From the NCBI RefSeq assembly GCF_006345805.1, contig NC_043004.1:28644001-28708000 (forward strand): a stretch of 64,000 nucleotides of DNA, given 5' to 3'. This document shows positions 36,960-50,147 of the stretch, piece by piece. The notes below the pieces were generated by a model. The model made no database searches and had not been told where the DNA came from. It was given only the letters and a program-made list of their open reading frames with translations. A program made the position numbers and the translations under genes. How positions within the stretch are numbered: position 1 is the stretch's first letter; each line of letters starts with the position of its first letter. This stretch comes from Octopus sinensis (lineage: Eukaryota).

Positions 36960-38690
36960 CTTCAATTGGCACTGTTCAACCTATCCCTCTTCCTAAAAGT
37001 ATATTCATGGTTTGCAATTCGTTTCTTAATAAACTTTTCAGTTGACCCAATGTAAAAATAATTCTCCCCTTCGGGTTCAACTCTATATCTATATACAAGG
37101 TTATTTTGCATACAAAAATTATTGAAAAAACATTTATCCTTAAATCTACAATCACAAGTTCCAGCGACATAATTATCAGTACTAATATCATTCGTATTTC
37201 TATTATGAAAAATGTCTAATTTTTTGTTATTAATTGAAGAGGTCATTCTAAACAAATTTTTAGATACTGAAAAACCAATTCTGATCTTTTTATTATTTAT
37301 TATTTTATTATATTTATTTAATATAATATATTAAGATATATTCTGTTGTGTCTGGGGAGAGCCGTTTTCTTTTTGTGCCTTATAATGTAACACACTCACC
37401 GGTAAAATTTCCACTTTTGTTCTTATTTTTATTTTCCTAAAATTTTCATTGCATCTTGCAACCTTTTCAATAGTTTTGACTCTCTAAAGTATTGAAAATA
37501 TATTTCAAATTATTGTTTGGTTTATGATAAGGAACACATTGGCCAGTAACAAAATTCAGATTAACATCTAAATAATTAACAGAATCATGCTCATTTTCAA
37601 TAGAAATAGATAAACCAAATCTTTTTTAAAAACTATGCAATTGTTTCTTAAATAGATCTAATTTCCTATTAGATAGTCTATTAATCAAAAACAGCGCATC
37701 ATCTATATACAGTATGTCTTTAATATCTGGAAATTCATTACTAAAATGAGATTGAATGTATATAAACTTACAAGATCAGTAACTTGGGCAGTATCAGCTG
37801 ATCTTGTAGTAATGTCAAAAAAAACATTGGTATATTTCCTAGCCTAGTATGTATTATCAAATAAAATAATAGATTTTCGAGCTTCCAATATTACTTTAAT
37901 TTCTTTAAAACTAAGGTTAGAGAATTTTCTAGTAAGTAAAAGAGTATTATTAACTACAATAGGATGAATAGAAGAATAATTATTATAAATATAAAATTAT
38001 ATAAGTTTACTTCTATTTTTATTATCTATCCTAACAAGCCAATAAATAGCTTCTTGGATATAAAACCAAAATTCAAGTTTTATTTTTTTGTTAAATGTAG
38101 ATACATACATATCTAGAATAATGTTATTTAATCTACGCACGTCAGGTCGGCCTGGGCAAATTAATCTAACTTTAGGATTACAAAAGAAGTTTTCTCTGTC
38201 AGCTTTTAAAGTTAACCTAGGCCACATGAGAACAAAAGGCTCTGTTCTATCATCAAAATCATAATCATTCATAATTTTTTAGCTTCTAAGTTAATGGACT
38301 TTAAAACATTTTTACTTACTACTTTATAATTACTAATCTCTTTCTTCATTAATTCATGATATTTTAATAAATCCATTTGATATAGGTTTCCAGTTTTATC
38401 ATATTGCACAATAATTCCATTTTTTCTTTTTTTATAACATACTAAAGACTTTAATTTCTTTAAATGTTCATTCCCCCTAAGGGATATTTAACAAATTTAG
38501 TATTTTTGACAATATTCCATAAATCATTTTCAAAGACTCCAAATAGCGGTTTGGGGGCGGAAATTTCTTAGCCTTTTTAAAAAGTTCAATACCTTCATTA
38601 TCAGGGTTAATTTCTTGTTCAAAACCTTTATCATAGATGAATTCAAAAGTCTTATTAATCAGGTCCTTCATTAAATCTTTCCTTGGTGTG
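36960..38690 (-). mobile_element. Decayed Penelope-like element (RT + GIY-YIG)
   Basis: LTLKADRENFFCNPKVRLICP, FFDITTRSADTAQVTDLV, LYIDDAL, VYRY...YFYIGSTEKFIKKRIANH; ~100-bp direct repeats at 36745-36845 and 38790-38890. Confidence 0.85.
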
Positions 38691-39015
38691 GAATAGGAAT
38701 GTCTTTTAAAGATAAATCAATTGGTAATTTCTCCATTGATACCACCGAAAAAATACGTTAATAATATTACTTAAATAATTAAATCTTTCTGGATGTTTTA
38801 TTATCATATGTTGCGTTCTTGTTCCGTTTTTTTTATTTATATATACAAATATATAGACAACATCTACAGATATAGCCATATACATATTTATACACATACA
38901 CACACTTATAAATATATGTATACATACATATATATACATGTATATACACACATAAGCCATAACGTTCAATACATGTACATATATGCGCGCGCGCGCGTGT
39001 GTGTGTGTGTGTGAA

Positions 39016-39090
39016 GGCGCATGGTTCAGTGGCTAGAGCGTCGAGCTTACGATCGTGAGGTTGTGAGTTCGAATCCCGGACCAGGCTGTG
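39016..39090 (+). mobile_element. tRNA-like SINE head (truncated)
   Basis: tggttcagtggctagagcg A box and gagttcgaatcc B box; no convincing complete acceptor stem. Confidence 0.6.
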
Positions 39091-39110
39091 TGTCATGACC
39101 GAAGGGGGTC

Positions 39111-39178
<68 letters not shown>

Positions 39179-40567
39179 TGTATGTATGTATATATATATA
39201 TATATATATTCCAAGGTCACATCTGAAGCAGGAGCTTTGGGCCCGTAGTAGGCTTCAGAGTTAGCAGATATATAAGAGGAAAAAGGATAGCAAAATCAAT
39301 TTCTGCATTGATACTAGCGAAAAGAAAAACGTTAATAATATTACTCAAGTAATATATAAATATATCATTATTAATTAATCCAAGGAAAAAGAAACAATTT
39401 CTTTCAAACGGATGGAAAACATCCAATTTTCACTGGTTCTTCGGTTTGATAACACAGTATAGTAGAGAAAACATCCGAACTTAAAATTGCATAATTTCAA
39501 TATATAAATACTAAAAGAAATAGAGAAATACAATTGACATATTAAAACTTTATTAACATTATAATATAATATAATTATACTATAAAAAATATAATATAAT
39601 ATAACAAACAATTAAAATAAATATATATCCCATAATTTGTTTCGACTCATATCCACTAGTGAATTTATAAAAAATAGGCAAAAATTTCATACAGGAACTG
39701 CTAAATCATAAGAACTCCTAAATGATATGTTTACAAGCGTGAGCGTTGATAATTTTAAAATATAATAGATATAATAAAAGCAAACGCAAAATTCAAATAA
39801 ATTAAGTAAACAAAACAATAACAGCGGTCATAAAATGTTCTTATGCATCTTTAATAATATTAATCGAAATATAATTTAATCTAAAATAATCACTACCCAT
39901 TTTTATTTATATAATAATAAAGTCTATATAATGTGTGAAGATCTAACGTTGGAGTAGGAAATATATTTTATTTATAATTTCTATATACTATTATGAAAAA
40001 ATATATATGGATATATTTTATTCAGACATTAAATACGTTTTTAAAAATCTTTTAATCAACAATTCATTTATTCAAAAGTTTCTATTAAATACGCTAATGT
40101 TAAACAAATGTACAAAGTTAGATTATTATAGCCTATACTATTTCTTAAATAAAAATGATAACAATATATAAATAAAGTATCAGAATTTTACTTAGTTTTA
40201 CAGAAGGAAATAAATTAGAGTAAGCTAATAGTTTTAGTATTCTATCATTTTTATGTGCATACAAGTTCGAAAGAACATAATATTATGATATATACTAAAT
40301 ATTATAGGGTCTACAAGAAATATTCATATATGCATAATTATTCAAAATGATATATAATTATATTTAAGAATTATTCTAATCTATTTACACGTAGAAAATA
40401 TAAACATAATTCTTCGTAAATAACAAGTAAAAACATAAATTTACTTCGTTTATGAAAGAAAAATACCACAGTAAATCAATAATTATATACGGAAAAATAA
40501 CCGGAAATACGAACTTACACTAGAAATGTTTTCAATCACGATATGGCACTTTATAAAATTATTTATA

Positions 40568-40601
<34 letters not shown>

Positions 40602-40671
40602 GTTGTTGTTGTTGTTGTTATTGTTATCATTATTATTATAATTGTTGTTGTTGTTGTTGTTATTATTATTA

Positions 40672-41106
40672 TTCAGTAGTTTTATTTTTATAGCGTGCTT
40701 TCACTTCACTACCGAGCGCAGCTCTGTGTGCCTTAGGTATGTGCTGTGATTTGTTGTGATGCTCTGATGGTTATTGTATGGAAAGTGTTCTGCGTAGGAT
40801 GTGTGCAGTGCCTAGTAGTGCAATTTTCTGTATGTTATATGTGTTTGTAAGTCCTGGCGTTTTTGTTATGTATTTGTCTGAATATTTTTATCATGCCTAA
40901 TGCACCTACTATGATAGGAATTGTTTCTGCTTTTAGATTCCACATTCTGGTTACCTCTATTTCCAGGTCTTTGTATTTTGAAAGTTTCTCCATTTCTTTT
41001 AGAGACACGTTGTCATCTGCCGGTATTGATACATCAATTAGAAAGCATTTTTTTCTTCATGATCTCTGACAACTATATCTGGTCTGTTGGCCTTAATTTC
41101 TCTATC

Positions 41107-41107
<1 letters not shown>
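40672..41107 (-). mobile_element. R4/Dong-clade LINE 3' fragment in (TAA)n
   Basis: Reverse complement of about 43905-44337; (ATT)n-type tracts on both sides. Confidence 0.85.
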
Positions 41108-41157
<50 letters not shown>

Positions 41158-41173
41158 TATTATTATTATTATT

Positions 41174-41224
<51 letters not shown>

Positions 41225-41710
41225 ATTAAATTTAATTTATATACTTATAATCATTTTATATAAAGATGATAGCGTAAGTGAAACTAATATCTTAAATTTA
41301 ACTACGAATATAGTGATATAATTTACACTTAAGATAAATATATTATGGTACTTAATACTAAATTTATTTATTAATCCACTGAAATATTATAAATATCCTC
41401 ATTAATATACTAATTTAGAGGCACAAGCCATTCAGTCTAAATAAAAAAACTTACAAATCATACAGCATAATATAAAAATTTAGCCTCAAATACAAGTACG
41501 TTAAAGAATGTTGTGACATTATAAAGTTTGGATAAATATCACATTGAAAAAAATTTTGTTCACGTTATCTTCTCTAACTTCAAAATATTACCACGAGCTA
41601 ATACACGTATCAATTTTTAAATTTTTGAAAAATCAGTATCACTCTATTTATTCATACATTCATTACCTATTTATCGAGTTAATTATTTAACATGAACACA
41701 AATTCAAACG

Positions 41711-41770
<60 letters not shown>

Positions 41771-41923
41771 TATTGATACATGTGCACATACACACACACA
41801 TATATATACATATACACATACATGCATACATATACACATACACACATACACATACATATATATATATATCTAAAAATATTGATACATGCGCATTCACACA
41901 CGCACACACATATATATGTGATT

Positions 41924-42162
41924 CGCCATGTTGATTCGCTAGCCTCTGCACGCATTTTTTTCTCTCCTTCTTTCTGTGTTTCTTCTCTGTGTATCTTTCT
42001 GTTGAAGAGCGTAGGCTCGAAACGTTAAAGACTTGTTTTATTTATATTTCCTGAGCGCCATATTAATACAATTGTTTGTTTGTATTCCACCTGCCTTCGT
42101 CTTTTGTTTATTTCCGTAAACCTGACTTCGTCTTTTGTCTATTTCCATAAAGCTTCCCGTTA
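41924..42162 (+). mobile_element. Hammerhead-bearing pLTR-like element (family 2, copy 2)
   Basis: Matches 1357-1568; carries an internal ~27-bp duplication; ends in a TA-rich tract. Confidence 0.75.
41994..42031 (+). ncRNA. Minimal hammerhead-like motif with variant core CUGUUGAA
   Basis: UCUUU CUGUUGAA GAGC-GUAG-GCUC GAAACGUU AAAGA: perfect 5-bp stem I and 4-bp stem II. Confidence 0.55.
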
Positions 42163-42237
42163 TATATGCATATATATACATGTATACACACATACACACA
42201 TATACATACATACATACATTCCCACACATATATATAA

Positions 42238-42380
42238 TGTGGCCGGTGTGGTTGTTTAGCAAGTAGCTTGCTTCCCAATCATATGGTTCCGGGTTCCAGT
42301 TCAGTGCCACTGCATGACACCTTGGGGCAAATGTTTTCTACTATAGCTTCGAGCCGATCAAAGGTTGTGGGTGGATATAT
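42238..42380 (+). mobile_element. SINE family A, degenerate 5' part
   Basis: aagtagcttgcttcccaatcatatggttccgggttc. Confidence 0.65.
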
Positions 42381-43080
42381 GTGTGTGTACATGTGTTTAA
42401 CATATATATACACAGCGTATAGATAAATACATTTCAATATATATACGCACATGCGTAAGCACACACACATGCACATGCATACACACACACACATACGCAC
42501 ACGTATGTAGATACATACACACACACAAGCCTACATACATACACACATACATATACATATGGTATATGGATATATATGTGTTTGTGTGCGTGTTTATATC
42601 TATGTATATATATATATATCTATATATCTACATATGTATATATCAATCTATATATATCAATCTATAAATGTATCTATCTCTCTAACTGTGTAGATATATA
42701 TGAACCCGAGAGTTTGCTTGTAACTATATGCAGTTGTGCATGTGCATGTGTGCATTATTCACGTTTCACTATAACTCGCTCAGTAGCATATATCGTGATA
42801 CAATTTCCAACAGCAAATAAAATCGATACCTGCAATATAGACTGGCTTAACAGCATGTCAGAGAGTGCGATATATTGTCTATATAACATATATTTATGAT
42901 ATTCTTAGTAAGTTTCTGGAGAAGAAAAACTATTGAAAATGAAAAATATCCATATAAGATACATATTTAAAGGCTTTCGCATTTATGTAAGTATTTATGC
43001 ATGTTAATATGTGTTTGGGTGTACATCAATGCGTTGTGTATGTTTATACACAATATATATACATATATACATATATACAT

Positions 43081-43211
<131 letters not shown>

Positions 43212-43386
43212 CATATATATATGTATATATAAGCAATAATAAATCTCTGAGCGATGTATAAACAGTAGCTGCACGACATCGTGAAATATATTTGCCACTT
43301 AAATGTGACTAACCCTTAAGGGTGGATGCTACTGGGGCTACAACCCTTAATGGTTAGCCACATTTAGATGGTAAATATATTTTACG

Positions 43387-43458
<72 letters not shown>

Positions 43459-43467
43459 ACATACATA

Positions 43468-43576
<109 letters not shown>

Positions 43577-43593
43577 TAATAATAATAATAATA

Positions 43594-44332
43594 ATTGCAG
43601 CACAAGACCAAAGCCTCCCCACCAGAAATTACCAAAAACATGTAATGAAAAGAAATATAACAAGTAACTGCAGAATATGTGGAGATGGACAAGAAACAAT
43701 AAATCATATCATCTCTGGCTGCCCAGTCCTGGCTAAGAAGGAATATATTCACAGACATGACAGAGTTGGGACCTATATACACTGGAAACTATGCCAACAT
43801 TATGGAATAATAACAGAAAAAAGATGGTATAGGCACACACCAGAAAAGATCACAGAAAACGAGAAAGCAACCATACTCTGGGATATGCCAATACACACAG
43901 ATAGAGAAATTAAGGCCAACAAACCAGATATAGTTTTCAGAAATGAAGAAGAAAATAGAATTAATTCTAATTGATGTATCAATACCGGCAGATGACAACG
44001 TGTCTCTAAAAGAAATGGAGAAACTTTCAAAATACAAAGAACTGGAAATAGAGGTAACCAGAATATGGAATCTAAAAGCAGAAACAATTCCTATCATAAT
44101 AGGTGCATTAGGCATGACAAAAAAATATTCAGACAAATACATAACAAAAACACCAGGACTTACAAACACATATAACATACAGAAAATTGCACTACTAGCA
44201 CTGCACACATCCTACGCAGAACACTTTCCATACAATAACCATCAGAGAATCACAACAAATCACAGCACATACCCAAGGCACACAGAGCTGCGCTCGGTAG
44301 TGAAGTGAAAGCACGCTATTAAAAATATACTA

Positions 44333-44337
<5 letters not shown>
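43594..44337 (+). mobile_element. 5'-truncated R4/Dong-clade LINE (CCHC + restriction-like endonuclease) in (TAA)n
   Basis: AAQDQSL, CRICGDGQETINHIISGC, RHDRV, NKPDIV, LIDVSIP, EKLSKYKELE, IIIGALG; one frameshift near 43960; (AAT)n on both sides. Confidence 0.9.
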
Positions 44338-44384
<47 letters not shown>

Positions 44385-44400
44385 GTAGTAGTAGTAATAA

Positions 44401-44452
<52 letters not shown>

Positions 44453-45345
44453 GGGAATATAATTCCAAAACTTACAGGGAAAGTTCAATTTTACAATTTT
44501 AAAGCAAATTTCACAATATATAATATATGTATATAATTTAGAATAAAAACACTATTAAACAATTCAATAAAGAAAAATGTTATACACACCATAAAAAAAC
44601 ATATACTATAAAAACCTTATTTTAAATCAATAAAGTACAATAAATTGTAAATTGTAATAAAAAGACTATGCACGTCTCATGGCTATATTTTCAAATAGAT
44701 TATGATAATAAAATTAATTCGATTCAAAATTAAATCGAACTAAAATTAATTATATTTAAAAATATAGTCACTCATCAGGTCTAAGATAATAAATAATAAA
44801 AAATTAAAAAATAATAATAATAGAATAAATGCACTTATCTTAACTTATACTAATTATCAAATAAATATTTTAAAAAATACATGTATTAGCTATAAATAAT
44901 CGAAAAACATTTAACAATATATCGTAAAATGAATATAACTTATCTTGTCCAAAGATTTTCGTTAACTTACTATTTAAACGTAAACCGTCGAACTTAGCGT
45001 TTATGAGAAAACAAGAAATATATCGCGTGAAAATATGGCGTAAATAGAATTTATAGAAGAAATAGATAGAAATATGTATTTAAGCAAATTACAAATGTAT
45101 TTTAGAATAAGAAAAAATATTAAGTTTAATATACTATTAACTGGAAAAATTATAAAGTCTGAATAATTAAAATACTAAATACGTGAAATACATAGTATAG
45201 TAAAACATAAATTAAACTAAAATTCTATAATTTAATGTATTTTCATTAATTAATTTATTTATTTTATAAACATCTAATATTCAGCTTAGTCTTTTTACGT
45301 AATATAGACTATATAATCTCCTGCTAATGTATTCACATTCAACTA

Positions 45346-45810
45346 CTACAAATTATAACTACTACAATTTAGTAACATAAAACAGGATTTATATATATAC
45401 ATAAATTGGTTAAACTTATTATATAAGTAATTTAATTTATGTCTACATTTAATTTTTCGTTCGTCGAGAGAATTAATTAAATTATTATTAGTTAATAATA
45501 TTTCCTTAAATTCGTTAGTACATAATAAACAAAAATTGCTACCTATTCGATATGATTTTGCCTTACAAACTATCTCCAAATTTAAATTGTACTTAATATT
45601 TTTAGATTTTAATCCCATATATATTTACTAAGGCCAATAGAATTAATTAAATTTCTATTCTTAAAAGAATCCATGTGTTGAGCCACTCCTAATTTAATTT
45701 TATTAGAAGTCGAACCAATGTAAATTGCATTTAAATTATAACCATTCCTATTATTATCATCAATCAAAGTCACTCTACATTTATATACTACATCATCGAA
45801 ATTCCATTTA
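45346..45810 (-). mobile_element. PLE GIY-YIG endonuclease and C-terminal fragment
   Basis: VVYKCRV...IYIGSTSNKIK...LSKYIWD; FCLLCTNE...KCRH. Confidence 0.75.
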
Positions 45811-45912
45811 TTAATAATTGGTGCATTAAGCATAATAAAAAACACAAAGAAATGCATAACCAAAACACCAGGACTTACGAATATATATGACATACAGAAA
45901 ATAGCACTGCAA
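45810..45912 (+). mobile_element. Short R4/Dong endonuclease-end fragment
   Basis: [32 protein letters not shown] matches 44095-44200. Confidence 0.7.
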
Positions 45913-45917
45913 CAAAT

Positions 45918-47054
45918 GGTTGACTTTTACTGGCGGCTTTTGAATGCATACCCAGCATTTGCTTTCCTCAGTATCAGTGTTAGAGGTATCAAGCACAGTA
46001 CAAATATCAGTGGGGAAAGGCAGCACCCTTGGAAGATGCACCTCCTAATTTCTACTGTACCTAAACTTCTTCCGTATGCTGTTAGGTCAGTCCTCCTATT
46101 CGCCATACTTTTTCAAGCAATCGCTCAACATTCCATGCAATACCAAATAGATTCATACACTCCATAATCCAAGAATGTGGGATCATATCGTACGCCTTAC
46201 GATAGTCAATCCATGACATGGCTAAGTTACTTTTCCTCCTTTTGCGGTCTCTAAGTACAGTTTTGTCTAGCACGATTTGATCCTTGGTACTTCTGCACTT
46301 ACGCATGCAATGCTTCTGCTCATGTAGCAAGACTCCATTTTTTCCAGATGTTCATACATTGACTCTGTGAGTATTCCAGTCAATAATTTCCACATAAGTG
46401 GCAGACTGGATATTAGCCTTTAATTGTCTACCATATTACCTTTTACGATGTTTTTCAAGCACAGCATGGTCCCACCCAATGTCAACTACTCTGGTGTTAC
46501 TTGGTCGGTATTTAACAAGGGGTTGAGTTGCGCAGCTATTCGTGCATGACATTCACCAAATCTTTTGATCCAGTAGCCTTGAACTCCATCTGGTCCCGGG
46601 GCCTTCCAGTTGTTCATCTTTTTTGCTGATTTCCTTCACTTCCTTAAATGAAATGACTAGTTCTGTCTGTTTTGGACAGAATAGTGTTCCTTCTCCTGTT
46701 CCTTGTCTTTGCTCCAGATGTCGCTCCAAAACCTTTGACTTTCGATGTTATCTGGTATCAACTTTTCATCTGTACATTCTCCGTTTATTTCTTTATAGAA
46801 CCTCTTCTGATCTACTCTGAATAACCTATTCTGGTGGTAACCCTTGATTCTTTTGTCGTATCTTACCATCTTTGCCTTTTTTGCAACGAGGCGCTGCTTC
46901 AGTTCCTCCATTATTACTTTCAGGCCTTTTCTTTCTATATTATACTTTCTTTCCAGTGCCCTGTATTTTTGTTCGCTTTTAAGCTCCCCCTTCTCTTTTC
47001 TGTCTAACACAGAAATTTCCTTCGAGAGCATTTCTAACTCTGCCTGTATTCTTC

Positions 47055-47056
<2 letters not shown>
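45918..47056 (-). mobile_element. R4/Dong-clade RT fragment
   Basis: HQNRLFRVDQKRFY, STKDQIVLDK, NLAMSWIDYRKAYDMIPHSWI, IRRCIFQGCCLSPLIFVL; abuts (ATT)n at 47060. Confidence 0.85.
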
Positions 47057-47141
<85 letters not shown>

Positions 47142-47143
<2 letters not shown>

Positions 47144-47570
47144 GGCGGCGAGCTGACAGAATCGTTAGCACGCCGAGCGAAATACTTAGCGGTATTTCGT
47201 CTACCGCTACGTTCTGAGTTCAAATCCTGCAGAGGTCTACTTTGCCTTTCATCCTTTCAGGGTTTATAAATTAAGTACCAGTTGAGTACTGGGGTCGATG
47301 TAAATGACTTAACTCCTCCCCAAAAATTTCAGGCCTTGTGCCTTTAATAGAAGTGATTATTATTATCATTATTATTATTATTAAGGCGGCGAGCTGGCAG
47401 AATCGTTAGCACGTCAGGCAAAATACTTAGCATCATTTAGTATACCTTTACGTTCTGAGTTCAAATTCTGTCGAGGTCGACTTTGCTTTTCATCCTTTCG
47501 GGGTTGAAAAAGTTGAACAATGGGGTCGATGTGATCGACGTACTCTCTTCTCCGAAATTGCTGGCCGTGT
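47142..47570 (+). mobile_element. Two SINE family B copies in an (ATT)n tract (47142-47355 and 47383-47570)
   Basis: aaggcggcgagctg(a/g)cagaatcgttagcac heads, shared core, tail ggccttgtgcc...agaa. Confidence 0.85.
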
Positions 47571-48549
47571 GCCAACATTTGTACTATTATTATCATTGTT
47601 ATTGTTGTCCTTTTTTCTTTGGATTGTTGTTGCCGGTGGTGGTAACTATGTTGCTGACATCCGTAGTAACTTTTGGAGTCCTTTTTTTTATAACTGTTTT
47701 CCTTGTTCAAGCCACGGTAGCCATGCTATTGCTATGATTCACTATTAGAAATGCTTTTTCTGCTAGATTTTCTAATGTCATTTGTACACATACGACTGTT
47801 TATACTTGTAGGTAATACCATTTGTACTTCTGTATGTAGATGTAGGCGGGTGCTATAAACTGTGAGTCTTGTGTTAGCAATAGCAAGACGTTTATGCGGT
47901 GCCAGTATTAAATATTAAAATGTAGATACAATTCCTATGCATAGCATTTAAGGTAGTTCTGAAAAATACGAGGAGATAAAAGGAAGGATAAAACAGACTG
48001 ACAGACATACATATAAGTATCATTAATCTATAGATAGATTCAATAGACGTCAATAGGAAAAGAAAAGGTAAAATTGCTAATTACTTTGAGATAGAGCCTG
48101 TATCGAAGGTACTCGTCCGCATTGTTAAAAAAAGGTCAAAATAAGTGATAGAAGCAGCAGGGTTTACTTCTACATTTAATTTTCGGTATGATTCAGCAGG
48201 AATTAGCAGAAGAGAAGAAAAGAGTGCTGTAATTAGCAGAGGACAAAGCATGTGACAGAAGCAGCAAGGATTACTACTACATGGGAGTGCCAGCAAATTT
48301 GGAAAAACCAACCAATTTGCTTTTAAGAACTAATTTGTTCGGTTTCAATTACCGATAGAAAAATAGATATACATATTATTGCTTCTTACAACATTAAATG
48401 GGGTTTTGCGATGATATGAATTCTCGTAACGGTGGTCTTTAGTAGTGTTCCTTGTTCAAAGATATCGGCTGAAACGTACGTAATAAATGCATTCAAAATG
48501 CTCTTACTTGGCTTGACTTCATTATATATATATATATGTACATAGCTAC

Positions 48550-48607
<58 letters not shown>

Positions 48608-48692
48608 TTATATATATATATATCATATCATATCATATCAGGATAATTACCCTACTTGGTTATTACCCCCTCTCTAATATATTAAGTTTTAA

Positions 48693-48838
48693 ATCATCAT
48701 CTGTTGTCCTTGGCGGGTTATTGTCCCCGGGGTAAATGTCCTACACTCATATATATATATTATATATATATATATATATATGAGTGTAGGACATTTACCC
48801 CTGTGGACAATAACCCGCCAAGGACAACAGATGATGAT
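48693..48838. repeat. ~58-bp inverted repeat flanking (TA)n
   Basis: atcatcatctgttgtccttggcgggttattgtcc...gtaaatgtcctacactca and its reverse complement. Confidence 0.9.
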
Positions 48839-48874
48839 ATCATATCATATTATATATATATATATATATATATA

Positions 48875-49044
48875 CCAATTAAGGACTGAACACGAAAAGG
48901 TGGACAGTCAACATGCTAGATATAGACGTCAAATCGCCATTCTCCACAAGGATTATGTTCTCATAATCCTTGTGGAGAATGGCGATTTGACGTCTATATC
49001 TAGCATGTTGACTGTCCACCTTTTCGTGTTCAGTCCTTAATTGG
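48875..49044. repeat. Perfect palindrome, 83-bp arms, 4-nt loop (ttct)
   Basis: 48875-48957 is the exact reverse complement of 48962-49044; (TA)n on both sides. Confidence 0.95.
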
Positions 49045-49132
49045 TATATATAAATATTTTAATCTTCGGATTCTTTTAATGTGCTAGACCACTGGTTTTA
49101 ATTGACTAATATCAATTTCTACCCTTAATTTT

Positions 49133-49174
<42 letters not shown>

Positions 49175-49206
49175 ATATATATTTATTTATTTATTTATTT
49201 ATTTAC

Positions 49207-49249
<43 letters not shown>

Positions 49250-49719
49250 TATACACACAAACACACGCTCACACGCTTATATATATATGTATACACACAC
49301 ACATACATGCATTCATACATAAATATAAATATAAGCTTCTATATGTGTATGTGTATATGAGAGCATGAATATGTACGAGTAGAAATAGACTTAGAAATGG
49401 TCACATTCTTCCATCATCATAGTTTCCATAGAATATATATATTTCATTACTCTTCGTCATTCTCCTGTCCTGTCATATATTATCATAAATAACTTTCATA
49501 TTGCATAATTAAATCTCAGAATGAGATTGAAACAGTAATCGCTCGATAATGTAAAGTATAGAAGCCATCTTATCATGGCTAACCACATTGGGGAGGGGGT
49601 GTTACTGTAGCTTTATAGCCCCAAGAGATCTTCGTCTCTAGCTGGCTTTAGACACAATATATGTTTCCTTGGAGTATTTGCAAAGGGAGGCCATCCCTTC
49701 CTCGCAAGCCTGAGTTATA

Positions 49720-49762
49720 CGCTCGAACTAGTTTCGGGATTGTTGTCCCTCGTCAACGGGCG
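49720..49762 (-). ncRNA. Minimal type I hammerhead, slightly decayed
   Basis: CGCCCG UUGACGA GGGA-CAACAA-UCCC GAAAC UA GUU CGAGCG; C3U change and one stem I mismatch. Confidence 0.65.
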
Positions 49763-50147
49763 GTAACCACCAGATTGCTTGATGATAAAATAGATTTTTG
49801 TCAAATGAAATTCTATACATAAAAATTAATCAATTCATTAGATGTTGTTTAAAACTTCCTCAATGATGTATATAATTATAGCGACTTGGTGTTGAGTATG
49901 TTTTACTTCGTCCAAAAAATCTGTTAGAAAACTGGAAATAGATCGAAATAACGAAAGTTGGAATCGACTCTCGGTGAAATACTAAAATTAAAACACTGCA
50001 CAGGGAGAATCTTCGTCAAAAATTCAAACTTTAAGTATTAAATTCCTGAAATAAATTTCTATGAAAGTAAATGTTATCAATTGCGTGACAATATCTGCTT
50101 TCTTATAATAAATACAACAAACGTTTGCATGCAATTTTTATATAGTT

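Noticed and set aside
39600-40550. AT-rich segment with faint PLE-like peptides (IGKNF, IKCSY); similar at 44450-45340
   Set aside because: Too degenerate to call by eye; needs a profile HMM search
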